Part shown: positions 19,725 to 27,989 of the stretch, piece by piece
Position numbering within the stretch: the first letter of the stretch is position 1
Layout: the number at the start of each line of letters is the position of its first letter
Assembly: GCA_021786945.1 (NCBI GenBank)
Contig: JAJYMK010000001.1
Coordinates: 64,794 to 128,793, forward strand
Origin: a bacterium
GTDB taxonomy: Bacteria; Patescibacteriota; Minisyncoccia; UBA6257; 02-FULL-45-10c
Reading direction: 5' to 3'
Length of the DNA: 64,000 bases
The notes under the pieces: model-generated
Databases searched by the model: none
What the model was told of the DNA's origin: nothing
Seen by the model: only the letters and a program-made list of their open reading frames with translations
Made by a program: the position numbers and the translations under genes

Positions 19725-20156
19725 TTATCGTAATTGAATTGACTCGGCGCTTATGCTGCCATCACTATTCGCCACTCCTGTAACTACAGCCTGATTTCCT
19801 ACTAATATGTCAGCTATAGTACTTGAAGCCATTTTAGAAACAATTGTTTTTCCGGAATAAAGCACAATTTTCGATCCACCATCCCTTAATTTTAAAGTAA
19901 TGCTATTTTCATCTTTGGAAATAACTTCACCGGAAGCACCTCCGCTAAAACCATTTATTCTTCCAGTGGTCCTTGTATTTTCAGCCGAGGGACTACCAAA
20001 ACCCATCATGCCTGAATTCTGAGGATTAAATTGATTACTATAAGTATTTTTAGTTGTATTAGATTTTTTTGTCCCAATCAAAATTCCTCCATAAAAAGAT
20101 AAGCTCATCAGTAAAATTGCCGCCACTGATAAAATTATAATTGTTTTTTTATTCAT
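19725..20156 (-). CDS. hypothetical secreted or membrane-anchored protein (143 aa)
   Basis: N-terminal TM/signal segment; last gene of the ECF-sigma / efflux operon. Confidence 0.35.
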   Translation of the reverse strand: MNKKTIIILSVAAILLMSLSFYGGILIGTKKSNTTKNTYSNQFNPQNSGMMGFGSPSAENTRTTGRINGFSGGASGEVISKDENSITLKLRDGGSKIVLYSGKTIVSKMASSTIADILVGNQAVVTGVANSDGSISAESIQLR

Positions 20157-20176
20157 ATTTTTATATTTATTTTAAT

Positions 20177-21409
20177 TTACTCATATCTTAAGGCTTCAAT
20201 AGGATTTAGTCCCGCAGCCCTTCTTGCCGGATAATAACCAAATACTATTCCAATTAAAGCGGAAACGCCGAATGCCAACAAAATTGACGATGAAGAAACC
20301 TGGGTCGCTATCGAACTAAATTTTGTTATCAATAAAGATGCTAACCATCCAAACAACACTCCTAAAAATCCACCCACAAAAGTCAAAACTATAGCCTCGG
20401 TCAAGAATTGCGTACTTATATCTTTATTTTTTGCACCGATAGCCTTTCTTAAACCAATCTCTCTGGTTCTTTCGGTTACAGTTGTAAGCATCATATTCAT
20501 AATTCCGATACCGCCAACTATCAACGAAATTCCGGCAATAGAACCAAGTAAAATTTTTAATGTGTCTGTAATTGATGATGCGCTACTTACAATGTCTGAC
20601 TGATTCATGATACTGAAATCTGCCTTTGTAGGATCGGAAATATTATGACGCTGTAGTAATAAATCAGTAACCTGAGTTTGAACATCGGCCATAGAACCCT
20701 GATCAATAGCCTGAATACTTATAGTGCTCAAGCGCTCACTTCCCACTAATAATTTTTGAGCTGAAGAAAGCGGAACAAAAATCATATCATCCTGACTGCT
20801 GGGACCACTGCCTCCTTTTGCTTTAGTAACCCCAATTATGGTAAAAAGTATTTTATTTATTTTTATTGTCTGGCCAATAACACTGTCATTATCAATCCCT
20901 TCTCCGAAAAGATCGTCACGAACTGTTGGCCCAATAACGGCAACTCTGGATACGCTTTTTACATTCTGATCGGAAATAAAATCGCCGGTCTCAACCGTAA
21001 TATTTCTGACCTGAGAATAAGAAGGCGTAACACCGTCAACCGATGTATTAGTATTGGTTCCCTTAGCTGTAATCTGATAGCGGCTAGACAAGTCCGGCGC
21101 AACAGCCTGAACACCACCAACCCCCTGTTCAATAGCGGTAGCGTCTTCGTTTGTTAGTGTAGTGGCCGATCCTCGTCCGGAACTCACCTGAATACCAACA
21201 CCCCTTTGTGCGCCCGGCATAACAATAATTAGATTTGACCCTAAAGCCTGAATATTAGATTCAATAGAATTTTGAGCGCCTTGACCAATTGAGATCATAG
21301 CTATAACCGATCCGATACCAATAACAATGCCTAAAACCGTAAGACCGGACCTGACCTTATTGGATAGTAACGCAGAGTATGTTTCCTGCAATGTGTCTGT
21401 AAATTTCAT
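20177..21409 (-). CDS. ABC transporter permease, FtsX/MacB-like (four TM helices plus a large periplasmic domain)
   Basis: MacB_PCD-like extracytoplasmic domain and a C-terminal FtsX region. Confidence 0.75.
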   Translation of the reverse strand: MKFTDTLQETYSALLSNKVRSGLTVLGIVIGIGSVIAMISIGQGAQNSIESNIQALGSNLIIVMPGAQRGVGIQVSSGRGSATTLTNEDATAIEQGVGGVQAVAPDLSSRYQITAKGTNTNTSVDGVTPSYSQVRNITVETGDFISDQNVKSVSRVAVIGPTVRDDLFGEGIDNDSVIGQTIKINKILFTIIGVTKAKGGSGPSSQDDMIFVPLSSAQKLLVGSERLSTISIQAIDQGSMADVQTQVTDLLLQRHNISDPTKADFSIMNQSDIVSSASSITDTLKILLGSIAGISLIVGGIGIMNMMLTTVTERTREIGLRKAIGAKNKDISTQFLTEAIVLTFVGGFLGVLFGWLASLLITKFSSIATQVSSSSILLAFGVSALIGIVFGYYPARRAAGLNPIEALRYE

Positions 21410-21412
21410 ATA

Positions 21413-22126
21413 TTAGTAAATATGTGTATGATGAACAAATCTTTTATTATCATTTTTTTTATCTTCAATAATTACCCCATCGCGAATATGTATTATTCTA
21501 TTGGCATGTTCCGCCACGTATAGCTCATGGGTTATAAGAATAATGGTTTTTTTCTGTTCTTGATTCAAAGTCTGAAAAGTGTGCAAAACAATATCACCGG
21601 TTTTTGTATCTAAGTTTCCGGTTGGTTCATCTGCTAAAATTAAAGACGGGTTATTAACTAGCGCCCTGGCAATAGCCACGCGCTGCATCTGTCCACCGGA
21701 TAATTGATTGGATAGGTGATAAAAACGAGACTCATCAAGGCCTGCTTGAACCAGGGCTTTTTTGGCTCTTTCTTCCCTTTCCAAGGGTTCAATACCGGCA
21801 TAAACCAGAGGCAATGCAACATTTCTGAGTACCGTAGCTCTGGATAAAAGATTAAATGACTGAAAAACAAAACCTATTTTATTTTTACGAACATCGGCCA
21901 ATTGATCGTCCGACATAGTGGAAACATCTATACCGTCCAAGAAATATTTACCACTAGTTGGCGTATCCAATGCGCCCAAAATATGCATAAGAGTCGATTT
22001 TCCCGAACCAGACGGTCCCATGATTGCCACAAATTCACCGTCATCAATCTTAAAAGAAATATTTTTTAATACCGGCGTAACCTCCCCGTCGCTATATGTT
22101 TTAGAAATATTTTTACATTCAATCAT
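21413..22126 (-). CDS. ABC transporter ATP-binding protein (MacB/LolD-like)
   Basis: Walker [10 protein letters not shown], signature LSGGQMQRV, Walker [12 protein letters not shown]. Confidence 0.85.
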   Translation of the reverse strand: MIECKNISKTYSDGEVTPVLKNISFKIDDGEFVAIMGPSGSGKSTLMHILGALDTPTSGKYFLDGIDVSTMSDDQLADVRKNKIGFVFQSFNLLSRATVLRNVALPLVYAGIEPLEREERAKKALVQAGLDESRFYHLSNQLSGGQMQRVAIARALVNNPSLILADEPTGNLDTKTGDIVLHTFQTLNQEQKKTIILITHELYVAEHANRIIHIRDGVIIEDKKNDNKRFVHHTHIY

Positions 22127-22138
22127 ATTAATTTTAAG

Positions 22139-23905
22139 TTAAAAACCCATTCCCGGAATTCTTATTGAACTTCGATTGCTGCCCTGAGAAGAACTTTGGG
22201 TAGAAGAAGTCGTGCTGCCACCACTTGTTCTGATAATAATCTTATCTCCCTCATTAAGACCTCCGGTAATTTCAATGCTCGTTCCATTGGTTGTTCCGGT
22301 CTCCACCTGTTGTTTAACTATTGGTTTCTGCAAAACAATGCCGCTATTGCTAATCTGTGCCGGAATCTCGGAAGAATCGGGAACATCTACATAGCTTATC
22401 CCCTGAGAAGTTTTTACAGCGGATGCAGGAATAACCAGAATATCCGATTTAATATCCGTAATTATTGAGGCTGAAACACTCATGCCTGGTTTAATTCTGC
22501 TATCCTGAGTATCAAACAATATTTTAACGCTATAATTTACCACCCCCTGAGACACGGTTCCAACAGTATCAACCTCGGAAACTTTTCCGGAAATAGTAAG
22601 CCCTTCAACAGCGTCAAAAGTAAGAGTAACTTTTTGGCCAAGTTTAACATTGGCAACGTCAACCTCATTAAGAGAAATTTCCGCCAACTGCTGATTCGTT
22701 ACAATTGTAGCTATAACAGTTCCATTAGAAACCGAATCAAGCTTTTGCACGCTAACCTTGGCAATAGTTCCGTCAAAAGGAGCTCGAACGGTGTATTTAG
22801 CTAAATCGGATTTAAGCGTAGCTAGATCTGACTCCTGCTTTGCTATACTATTTTTTGAAACCTGAAGCGAAATTGGATTATTACCGGTAGGATTATTAAT
22901 CAAAAGAAGATCTATGTTCCTTTGATCATTAATTATGGCCTGTTTTCCATTATCCAAAGAAGACTGTTGTGACAATAAAGAACTTAAATCATTATTTGTA
23001 GTACCAATATAGCTCTTCAAATTAGACTGGAAAATACTAATAGCTGAATTTAGTTTCTGTTTCTTGTTCTGAGCAATATCAACAATTGTATCCAATAAAT
23101 TATTCTCACTTTTAATCGCCTGGGCTACGGCCTTAGTTGTTGTCAAAGTCTCAGTCAATAGATTTTCTAAAACTGCCTTATCTGAATAACGAGTAATGTT
23201 TTTAAAATCGGCAAAATTTTTATCATAGCTATCTAGAGCGGTACGATAATCCTTATCAGCTATATCAGCTAAAGAATTAACTAGCTTGCCATCAACGTCG
23301 TCGTTTCCGAATAAATCCCTGTAAACATTTATATTCTCCTGATTATTGGAATAAATAGAAAGTTGATTTCCATATAAAACATCCTCTACTCCAGTCATAA
23401 CTGTTGGCAAATCCAAAAATGTATTAGAAATAGAATTAAAAACATCATCATAAGTTTTTTCTAAATCTTTCTGGTCGGATGCCAGAGTTTCCAATTGTTT
23501 CTGATAATCAATTGGTGCTTGAGCTGAATCTCTATCAAATTGAAGTTTTGCTTCAGATAATGAAGTTTCCGCATTGGAAATACTTTGTAATGCATCTGTG
23601 TTATCTATGGTTGCGATAGCCTGACCCGCCCTAACCTGTTGTCCCGCACTTACTCCAAGCCAAGTAATATCACCAGAAACTTCCGACTTTATATCAACCT
23701 GATTTAATGCGGCTACTTGACCCGTGCCGTCTACCGAAGAAATAATATTGCCTTTTTTAACCTCACCTAAAATATAAGTGGTTTGAGTAGGCGCAGAAGA
23801 AGACGAAAACCAATAATATCCACCGGTAAATAAAACCGCCAAGACAATAACGCTGATTACTTTATGAGACAAAATTAACAACTTAATTTTATTTAAAAAA
23901 TTCAT
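22139..23905 (-). CDS. HlyD/MacA-family periplasmic adaptor (membrane fusion) protein with a long coiled coil (588 aa)
   Basis: N-terminal TM segment, biotinyl-lipoyl-like motifs, long coiled-coil region and C-terminal beta-barrel region, all typical of membrane fusion proteins. Confidence 0.65.
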   Translation of the reverse strand: MNFLNKIKLLILSHKVISVIVLAVLFTGGYYWFSSSSAPTQTTYILGEVKKGNIISSVDGTGQVAALNQVDIKSEVSGDITWLGVSAGQQVRAGQAIATIDNTDALQSISNAETSLSEAKLQFDRDSAQAPIDYQKQLETLASDQKDLEKTYDDVFNSISNTFLDLPTVMTGVEDVLYGNQLSIYSNNQENINVYRDLFGNDDVDGKLVNSLADIADKDYRTALDSYDKNFADFKNITRYSDKAVLENLLTETLTTTKAVAQAIKSENNLLDTIVDIAQNKKQKLNSAISIFQSNLKSYIGTTNNDLSSLLSQQSSLDNGKQAIINDQRNIDLLLINNPTGNNPISLQVSKNSIAKQESDLATLKSDLAKYTVRAPFDGTIAKVSVQKLDSVSNGTVIATIVTNQQLAEISLNEVDVANVKLGQKVTLTFDAVEGLTISGKVSEVDTVGTVSQGVVNYSVKILFDTQDSRIKPGMSVSASIITDIKSDILVIPASAVKTSQGISYVDVPDSSEIPAQISNSGIVLQKPIVKQQVETGTTNGTSIEITGGLNEGDKIIIRTSGGSTTSSTQSSSQGSNRSSIRIPGMGF

Positions 23906-23928
23906 ATTTGGATTTTAAAATTAAATAA

Positions 23929-24429
23929 TTAAAAGGGTTGGCTGGGGGGCATAATTCTGATAAAGCCCGCTTCTATTTCTCCGTTATTATTTGGGGACCC
24001 TAAAACAACCGCAAATTCATCTTGCTGCACATTGGAAATGTTTATATTATCCCTAAATCTTCGGATAACCGTCTTGTCGTTTACCAAAACAGACTTCTCC
24101 ACATTATCGACTCCTTCAATCATTATTCTTGGAGGAATAACTTTTAAAATCCTGCCGGAAACACCATGCGCATCCGTAAAACCCATTTCCATCATACCCA
24201 TCTTATTTGGTAAACCCATCGTTCTCGGATCGCCCTGAGGTTTACCGAAAGCGCGGTAATAATTATCTCCCCACTGGTAGGAAAAACTTGCTTTTTTAAA
24301 ACCAACAAGCATGCCTAATTGAAAAACGGCTAAAATCAAAATAGCTAAACCAATTATAATCAAAGCTATTTTTAATTTTCTTGACTTAAACAAATCTTTT
24401 TTTGACTCAATTAATTCTTTAAAATTCAT
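23929..24429 (-). CDS. hypothetical membrane-anchored protein (166 aa)
   Basis: One N-terminal TM helix; sits between the anti-sigma-like gene and the adaptor gene. Confidence 0.3.
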   Translation of the reverse strand: MNFKELIESKKDLFKSRKLKIALIIIGLAILILAVFQLGMLVGFKKASFSYQWGDNYYRAFGKPQGDPRTMGLPNKMGMMEMGFTDAHGVSGRILKVIPPRIMIEGVDNVEKSVLVNDKTVIRRFRDNINISNVQQDEFAVVLGSPNNNGEIEAGFIRIMPPSQPF

Positions 24430-24435
24430 AATTTT

Positions 24436-24837
24436 TTATATAAATTTATTTGTTAAAAATATGACCTTTTTATTTTTTATAATATTTTTAATGGATTCCA
24501 ATAATGCAAAGATAGCGGCTAAGAAAGCCGTAAACCACAATAATGGAACCGATTCTGCCAAAAGCATAATAAAATCTTTCCAATATGTTATAACTATTCC
24601 GCCATCGGAAAAAATCAAAGAAATGTAATTATAAAAACCCGATCGGTAAAAATCGTCTAGGGCAAATTTAAAAGAAACTGCGGCAATAGCCAAAGATAAT
24701 AAACCCGCGGCCTGAAATACAAAAAACTTTACTCTGGCAACTCTTTTTTTATGAAGCTCTATTTTAGCCAAAATCCTCCCGCTTAAATACTCCGGGGGAT
24801 TAATTTCTTTTAAATTTTTAAATTCATATTCCGCCAT
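24436..24837 (-). CDS. putative membrane anti-sigma factor (133 aa)
   Basis: Immediately downstream of the ECF sigma gene; single TM helix with a cytoplasmic N-terminal segment. Confidence 0.35.
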   Translation of the reverse strand: MAEYEFKNLKEINPPEYLSGRILAKIELHKKRVARVKFFVFQAAGLLSLAIAAVSFKFALDDFYRSGFYNYISLIFSDGGIVITYWKDFIMLLAESVPLLWFTAFLAAIFALLESIKNIIKNKKVIFLTNKFI

Positions 24838-24860
24838 ATATATAAATACGTATATAAAAA

Positions 24861-25427
24861 TTAATTGGATGCATCGAGCATCTTCTTGAGATAATTTAAC
24901 GCCCGCTGATGCTGGCTTTTTACCGTATTGGCCGGCCTGCCAATCACCTCTCCTATTTCATCAAAAGTAAGCTGATTTTTATATCTCAAAACTATCACTT
25001 CTTTATAAATCGCCGGCAATTTAGAAATAAATCCCTCGATCATTCCGGAATTTTCGGCTTTTATAGCCAAGTCGTCGGGCCAAGGAGACTCATCTACAAC
25101 AGAATCAAACAGCTTATTCTCCCCCTCTTCATCCTCAAAAGCGGAAAAATTAATATTTTTCTTTTTTCTAAGCCAATCTATTGCAGTATTCCTGGCTATG
25201 CTAAACAACCAGGCCTTAAAACTTGTTCCGGGCCTATATTTTTTAAGATTTTTCCATAATTTAATAAATACTTCCTGAGTAATATCTTCTGCATCTTTGG
25301 AATTACCGCAAATTCTATAAACAAAATTAAATACGGGTTTAATATAAAAATTAAGGATCTCAACAAAGCCGGCATCGTCACCCTCCGAAATTCTTTCTAT
25401 GTTTTTTTGTATGTCGATCTGATCCAT
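24861..25427 (-). CDS. RNA polymerase ECF-type sigma-70 factor
   Basis: Sigma70 region 2 (DAEDITQEVFIKLW) and region 4 helix-turn-helix (LTFDEIGEVIGRPANTVKSQHQRAL). Confidence 0.8.
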   Translation of the reverse strand: MDQIDIQKNIERISEGDDAGFVEILNFYIKPVFNFVYRICGNSKDAEDITQEVFIKLWKNLKKYRPGTSFKAWLFSIARNTAIDWLRKKKNINFSAFEDEEGENKLFDSVVDESPWPDDLAIKAENSGMIEGFISKLPAIYKEVIVLRYKNQLTFDEIGEVIGRPANTVKSQHQRALNYLKKMLDASN

Positions 25428-25486
25428 TTATAAAATAATTATAAGCTATTTACCAATTGGACAAAATTAGCTTATTATAAAAACAT

Positions 25487-25828
25487 ATGGAAAAATTTCC
25501 ACCCCAAGAAAATAATAAGGAAAAAGAAGATTTTTTAATTCACTATCCTCTACCAAAAGAATTTGAGGATAAATTGAGTACGGCAATGGAATTAAAAAAA
25601 ATAATAAGTTCACTTATTGAAAAAGATTCGCATGAAAATGATTTTAAAAATTTTAAAGAATTATCAGAATTTGCCAAAAAATTAAAAATAAAATATAGCG
25701 ACGCCGGCGAATATTACTTATATCACCTTATGATTGGAAGTAGTTTAAACAAAGAAAGAATGCCTACAAAATTTGACTTTCAAGGAGAGGATTCTATAGA
25801 ATTTTTTTTAAAATCAAAAAATATATAA
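25487..25828 (+). CDS. hypothetical protein (113 aa)
   Basis: ORF only. Confidence 0.3.
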   Translation: MEKFPPQENNKEKEDFLIHYPLPKEFEDKLSTAMELKKIISSLIEKDSHENDFKNFKELSEFAKKLKIKYSDAGEYYLYHLMIGSSLNKERMPTKFDFQGEDSIEFFLKSKNI

Positions 25829-25907
25829 AGACTCTTGAAAAATAACAAATAAAGACCTATAAACAATATAGGTCTTTATTAATTTGAGCTGATAAAGGGA
25901 GATAATT

Positions 25908-26366
25908 ATGAAAAAGATATTGGTGTATTTGGCGGGAGGTATGAAAAGCAGCTGGCAGGATAAAGTAATGGAGGAACTCGACGATCTTGCCCGGGAACAA
26001 ATAGTGGAATTTTTCGACCCGCGGAATAATCCGCCGGAACCGGAAAAATACCGTGCCGCAGACAAAGAAGCGTGGGAGAAAGCCGATATAATCTTCGCCT
26101 ATGCGGAATCCTCTAATCCGGCGCTTTTCGCCATGTGCATAGAGCTTACCGGTGGATTCTATAAAGGAGCCTGGACTATATTCGTCGATGATCTGCAGCC
26201 GGAATCCATGCCGACCCCGGAAAAATCCGAAGAAGAAAGGAAACGTAAAAAGTACCTTAGTTTTGTGGAGACCGTTTCCCATAAAAAGGCCACCAGCCTT
26301 GCCGAGGGCATATCCATCCTTAGAGACGCAATCTACGAAAGAATACTTCATAACTATAAGCCCTAA
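25908..26366 (+). CDS. hypothetical protein on a GC-rich islet; weak resemblance to the nucleoside 2-deoxyribosyltransferase fold
   Basis: Good RBS AAAGGGAG upstream. Locally much higher GC than flanking DNA. N-terminus KILVYLAGGM and an acidic patch. Bracketed by hairpin terminators at 25851-25877 and 26374-26398. Confidence 0.4.
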   Translation: MKKILVYLAGGMKSSWQDKVMEELDDLAREQIVEFFDPRNNPPEPEKYRAADKEAWEKADIIFAYAESSNPALFAMCIELTGGFYKGAWTIFVDDLQPESMPTPEKSEEERKRKKYLSFVETVSHKKATSLAEGISILRDAIYERILHNYKP

Positions 26367-26373
26367 ATAACAA

Positions 26374-26398
26374 AGCCCTGTAATTTACAGGGCTTTTT
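26374..26398 (+). terminator. intrinsic terminator (AGCCCTGTAA-t-TTACAGGGCT followed by TTTTT)
   Basis: 10-bp perfect stem read directly. Confidence 0.6.
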
Positions 26399-26427
26399 AC
26401 TTTAAAATTTCTTTTACACAATTTATT

Positions 26428-26922
26428 ATGATAAAATTATTTTATATGAACCAAGAACAAAATAAAGAATTTATCTGGCATGCGCCCGAATTTAAATATC
26501 ACCACAAAGAAGCTTCCTGGTATTGGATAAGCGGCCTTATTGCAGCCGCACTATTTATTGCTGCCCTTTATCAAGAAAATATATTATTGGCTATTTTTAT
26601 AATTTTAGCGGAAATAACAACGATAATTTTGGGTAAAAGACTGCCTAAAACGATTGAATTTAAGATAAATAAGGACGGAATTCAGTGCGGAAAACTAGCC
26701 TTTTACGAATACGAAGGATTGACCGGATTTCATATTAAAAAAGATAATGAGGAAATAGGAGAGCTCATATTAAAAACCGATTCCAGAATAACCCCGGTAG
26801 TAAAAATAAATATTTTTATGAAAGATCAGGAATACATCCGTGATGTTTTGAAAAACTTTCTAGATGAAGTAGAATACGAAGAATCCTTCCTTGATACAAT
26901 TTCGGATAAACTCGGCTTTTAA
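26428..26922 (+). CDS. hypothetical membrane protein (164 aa)
   Basis: Two TM helices after an N-terminal segment. Confidence 0.35.
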   Translation: MIKLFYMNQEQNKEFIWHAPEFKYHHKEASWYWISGLIAAALFIAALYQENILLAIFIILAEITTIILGKRLPKTIEFKINKDGIQCGKLAFYEYEGLTGFHIKKDNEEIGELILKTDSRITPVVKINIFMKDQEYIRDVLKNFLDEVEYEESFLDTISDKLGF

Positions 26923-26936
26923 CCAAAAGCAGAAAT

Positions 26937-26999
26937 GCCCTCATCGTTCAACGGATAGGACGCAAGATTGCAGATCTTGCAATTGAGGCACGCCCCCAC
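26937..26999 (+). pseudogene. tRNA-like 5' fragment (acceptor 5' strand, D arm and anticodon arm with GCA in the anticodon loop) lacking a recognisable T arm
   Basis: About 36 of the first 44 nt are identical to the adjacent tRNA-Arg 5' half (shared tcgttcaacggataggac). A 5-bp stem CAAGA/TCTTG with loop TTGCAGA is present, but no TTCRAnY T-loop or complementary acceptor 3' strand follows. Confidence 0.25.
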
Positions 27000-27026
27000 A
27001 CCAATTTCAACAAAAAATTATAATAT

Positions 27027-27098
27027 GCGCTCGTCGTTCAACGGATAGGACACGGGATTGCGGATCCCGTAATCGTGGTTCGATTCCACGCGAGCGCA
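27027..27098 (+). tRNA. tRNA-Arg, anticodon GCG as read
   Basis: Manual cloverleaf: acceptor GCGCTCG/CGAGCGC; anticodon stem CGGGA/TCCCG with loop TTGCGGA; T arm CGTGG-TTCGATT-CCACG; discriminator A; the 3' end is CCG, so CCA is not encoded. Confidence 0.65.
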
Positions 27099-27181
27099 CC
27101 GCATTGGTGCGGGGGTGAAATTCCTCACGGGGGCACGCTCTTGAAAAAGGGTAAATAAACATATAAAATTCTATATTGAAA

Positions 27182-27253
27182 GCGGGTATCGTATAGCGGC
27201 TATTATGCGACCTTGCCAAGGTCGAGATACGGGTCCGACTCCCGTTACCCGCT
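27182..27253 (+). tRNA. tRNA-Gly (anticodon GCC)
   Basis: Acceptor GCGGGTA/TACCCGC; anticodon stem CGACC/GGTCG with loop TTGCCAA; T arm ACGGG-TCCGACT-CCCGT; discriminator U. The D stem is irregular. Confidence 0.65.
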
Positions 27254-27328
27254 CAGACAAAAAAACATCGCAGTTTAAACGCGGTGTTTTTTGTTATATA
27301 ATTTAAGTAACAATTTATAATTAAAAAT

Positions 27329-27619
27329 ATGGACGAACAAATTCAAGCTATCCCATCAGCCAAAAATACGGCCTGGGAAAAAACAAAATTAATATCAAAT
27401 TGGGTCTTAGGGGTTCTTTTTTCCGTCGCGGCTTTTTTTGAGTTATTGGAATTCTCATACGGAACAATCACTCTTTTCTTATGCGCAGCCCTTACCCTAC
27501 CGCCTCTCTATGACCGATTAAAAAAGAAATTTAATTTTTCCTTGCCGCTTTGGCTTAAGATAATAATAATCTTAGGACTCGTATATCTTACTAATTATAT
27601 TTTTATCATCGAGCCTTAA
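27329..27619 (+). CDS. small membrane protein (96 aa; two or three TM helices)
   Basis: ORF with hydrophobic helices, followed by a terminator at 27639-27663. Confidence 0.35.
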   Translation: MDEQIQAIPSAKNTAWEKTKLISNWVLGVLFSVAAFFELLEFSYGTITLFLCAALTLPPLYDRLKKKFNFSLPLWLKIIIILGLVYLTNYIFIIEP

Positions 27620-27635
27620 AAAAATAATTACTATA

Positions 27636-27663
27636 AAAACACCTCCGGAAAGGAGGTGTTTTT
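27636..27663 (+). terminator. intrinsic terminator (ACACCTCC-ggaa-AGGAGGTGT followed by TTTTT)
   Basis: Perfect 8-bp stem read directly. Confidence 0.6.
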
Positions 27664-27730
27664 ATTTCGAGCTTGTATTTATAATTTTCAAGCATTAATC
27701 TAATTAATAGCTTTTTAAAAAGGGGGTGTT

Positions 27731-27961
27731 ATGAGTAAAAAGGTTTTTTATGTCACTAAAAATGGCATAAAGACAAAAAGTTTAATTCCCGGAAAATATG
27801 CGGGATGGAAGAAGGGAAAAATATTCGGACGTCTGGATTGTGCGTCCGGTAAAAAAATGAAAAAAGAAAACCGCGTATTTTTTCTTACGTGGCAAGATGC
27901 CATAAATTCCGGATACAGACCGTGTAAAAAATGCAAACCCGCACCAAATGATAAATATTAA
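27731..27961 (+). CDS. Ada metal-binding (Ada_Zn_binding) domain protein, 76 aa
   Basis: FYVTKNGIKTKSLIPGKYAGWK...YRPCKKCKP parallels the Ada N-terminal zinc domain consensus (FY...TGI.CRPSC......F......A...G.RPCKRC.P). Confidence 0.5.
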   Translation: MSKKVFYVTKNGIKTKSLIPGKYAGWKKGKIFGRLDCASGKKMKKENRVFFLTWQDAINSGYRPCKKCKPAPNDKY

Positions 27962-27989
27962 AATCCCCCGATACCGGGGGATTTTTTTA
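27961..27989. terminator. intrinsic terminator (ATCCCCCG-atac-CGGGGGAT followed by T7), located between convergent genes
   Basis: Perfect 8-bp stem 27963-27982. Confidence 0.6.

Noticed and set aside
26937-26999. First tRNA-like element as a functional tRNA-Cys (GCA)
   Set aside because: No T arm (no TTCRA loop), and the acceptor 3' strand pairs for at most 5 bp directly after the variable region. Reported only as a fragment or pseudogene.
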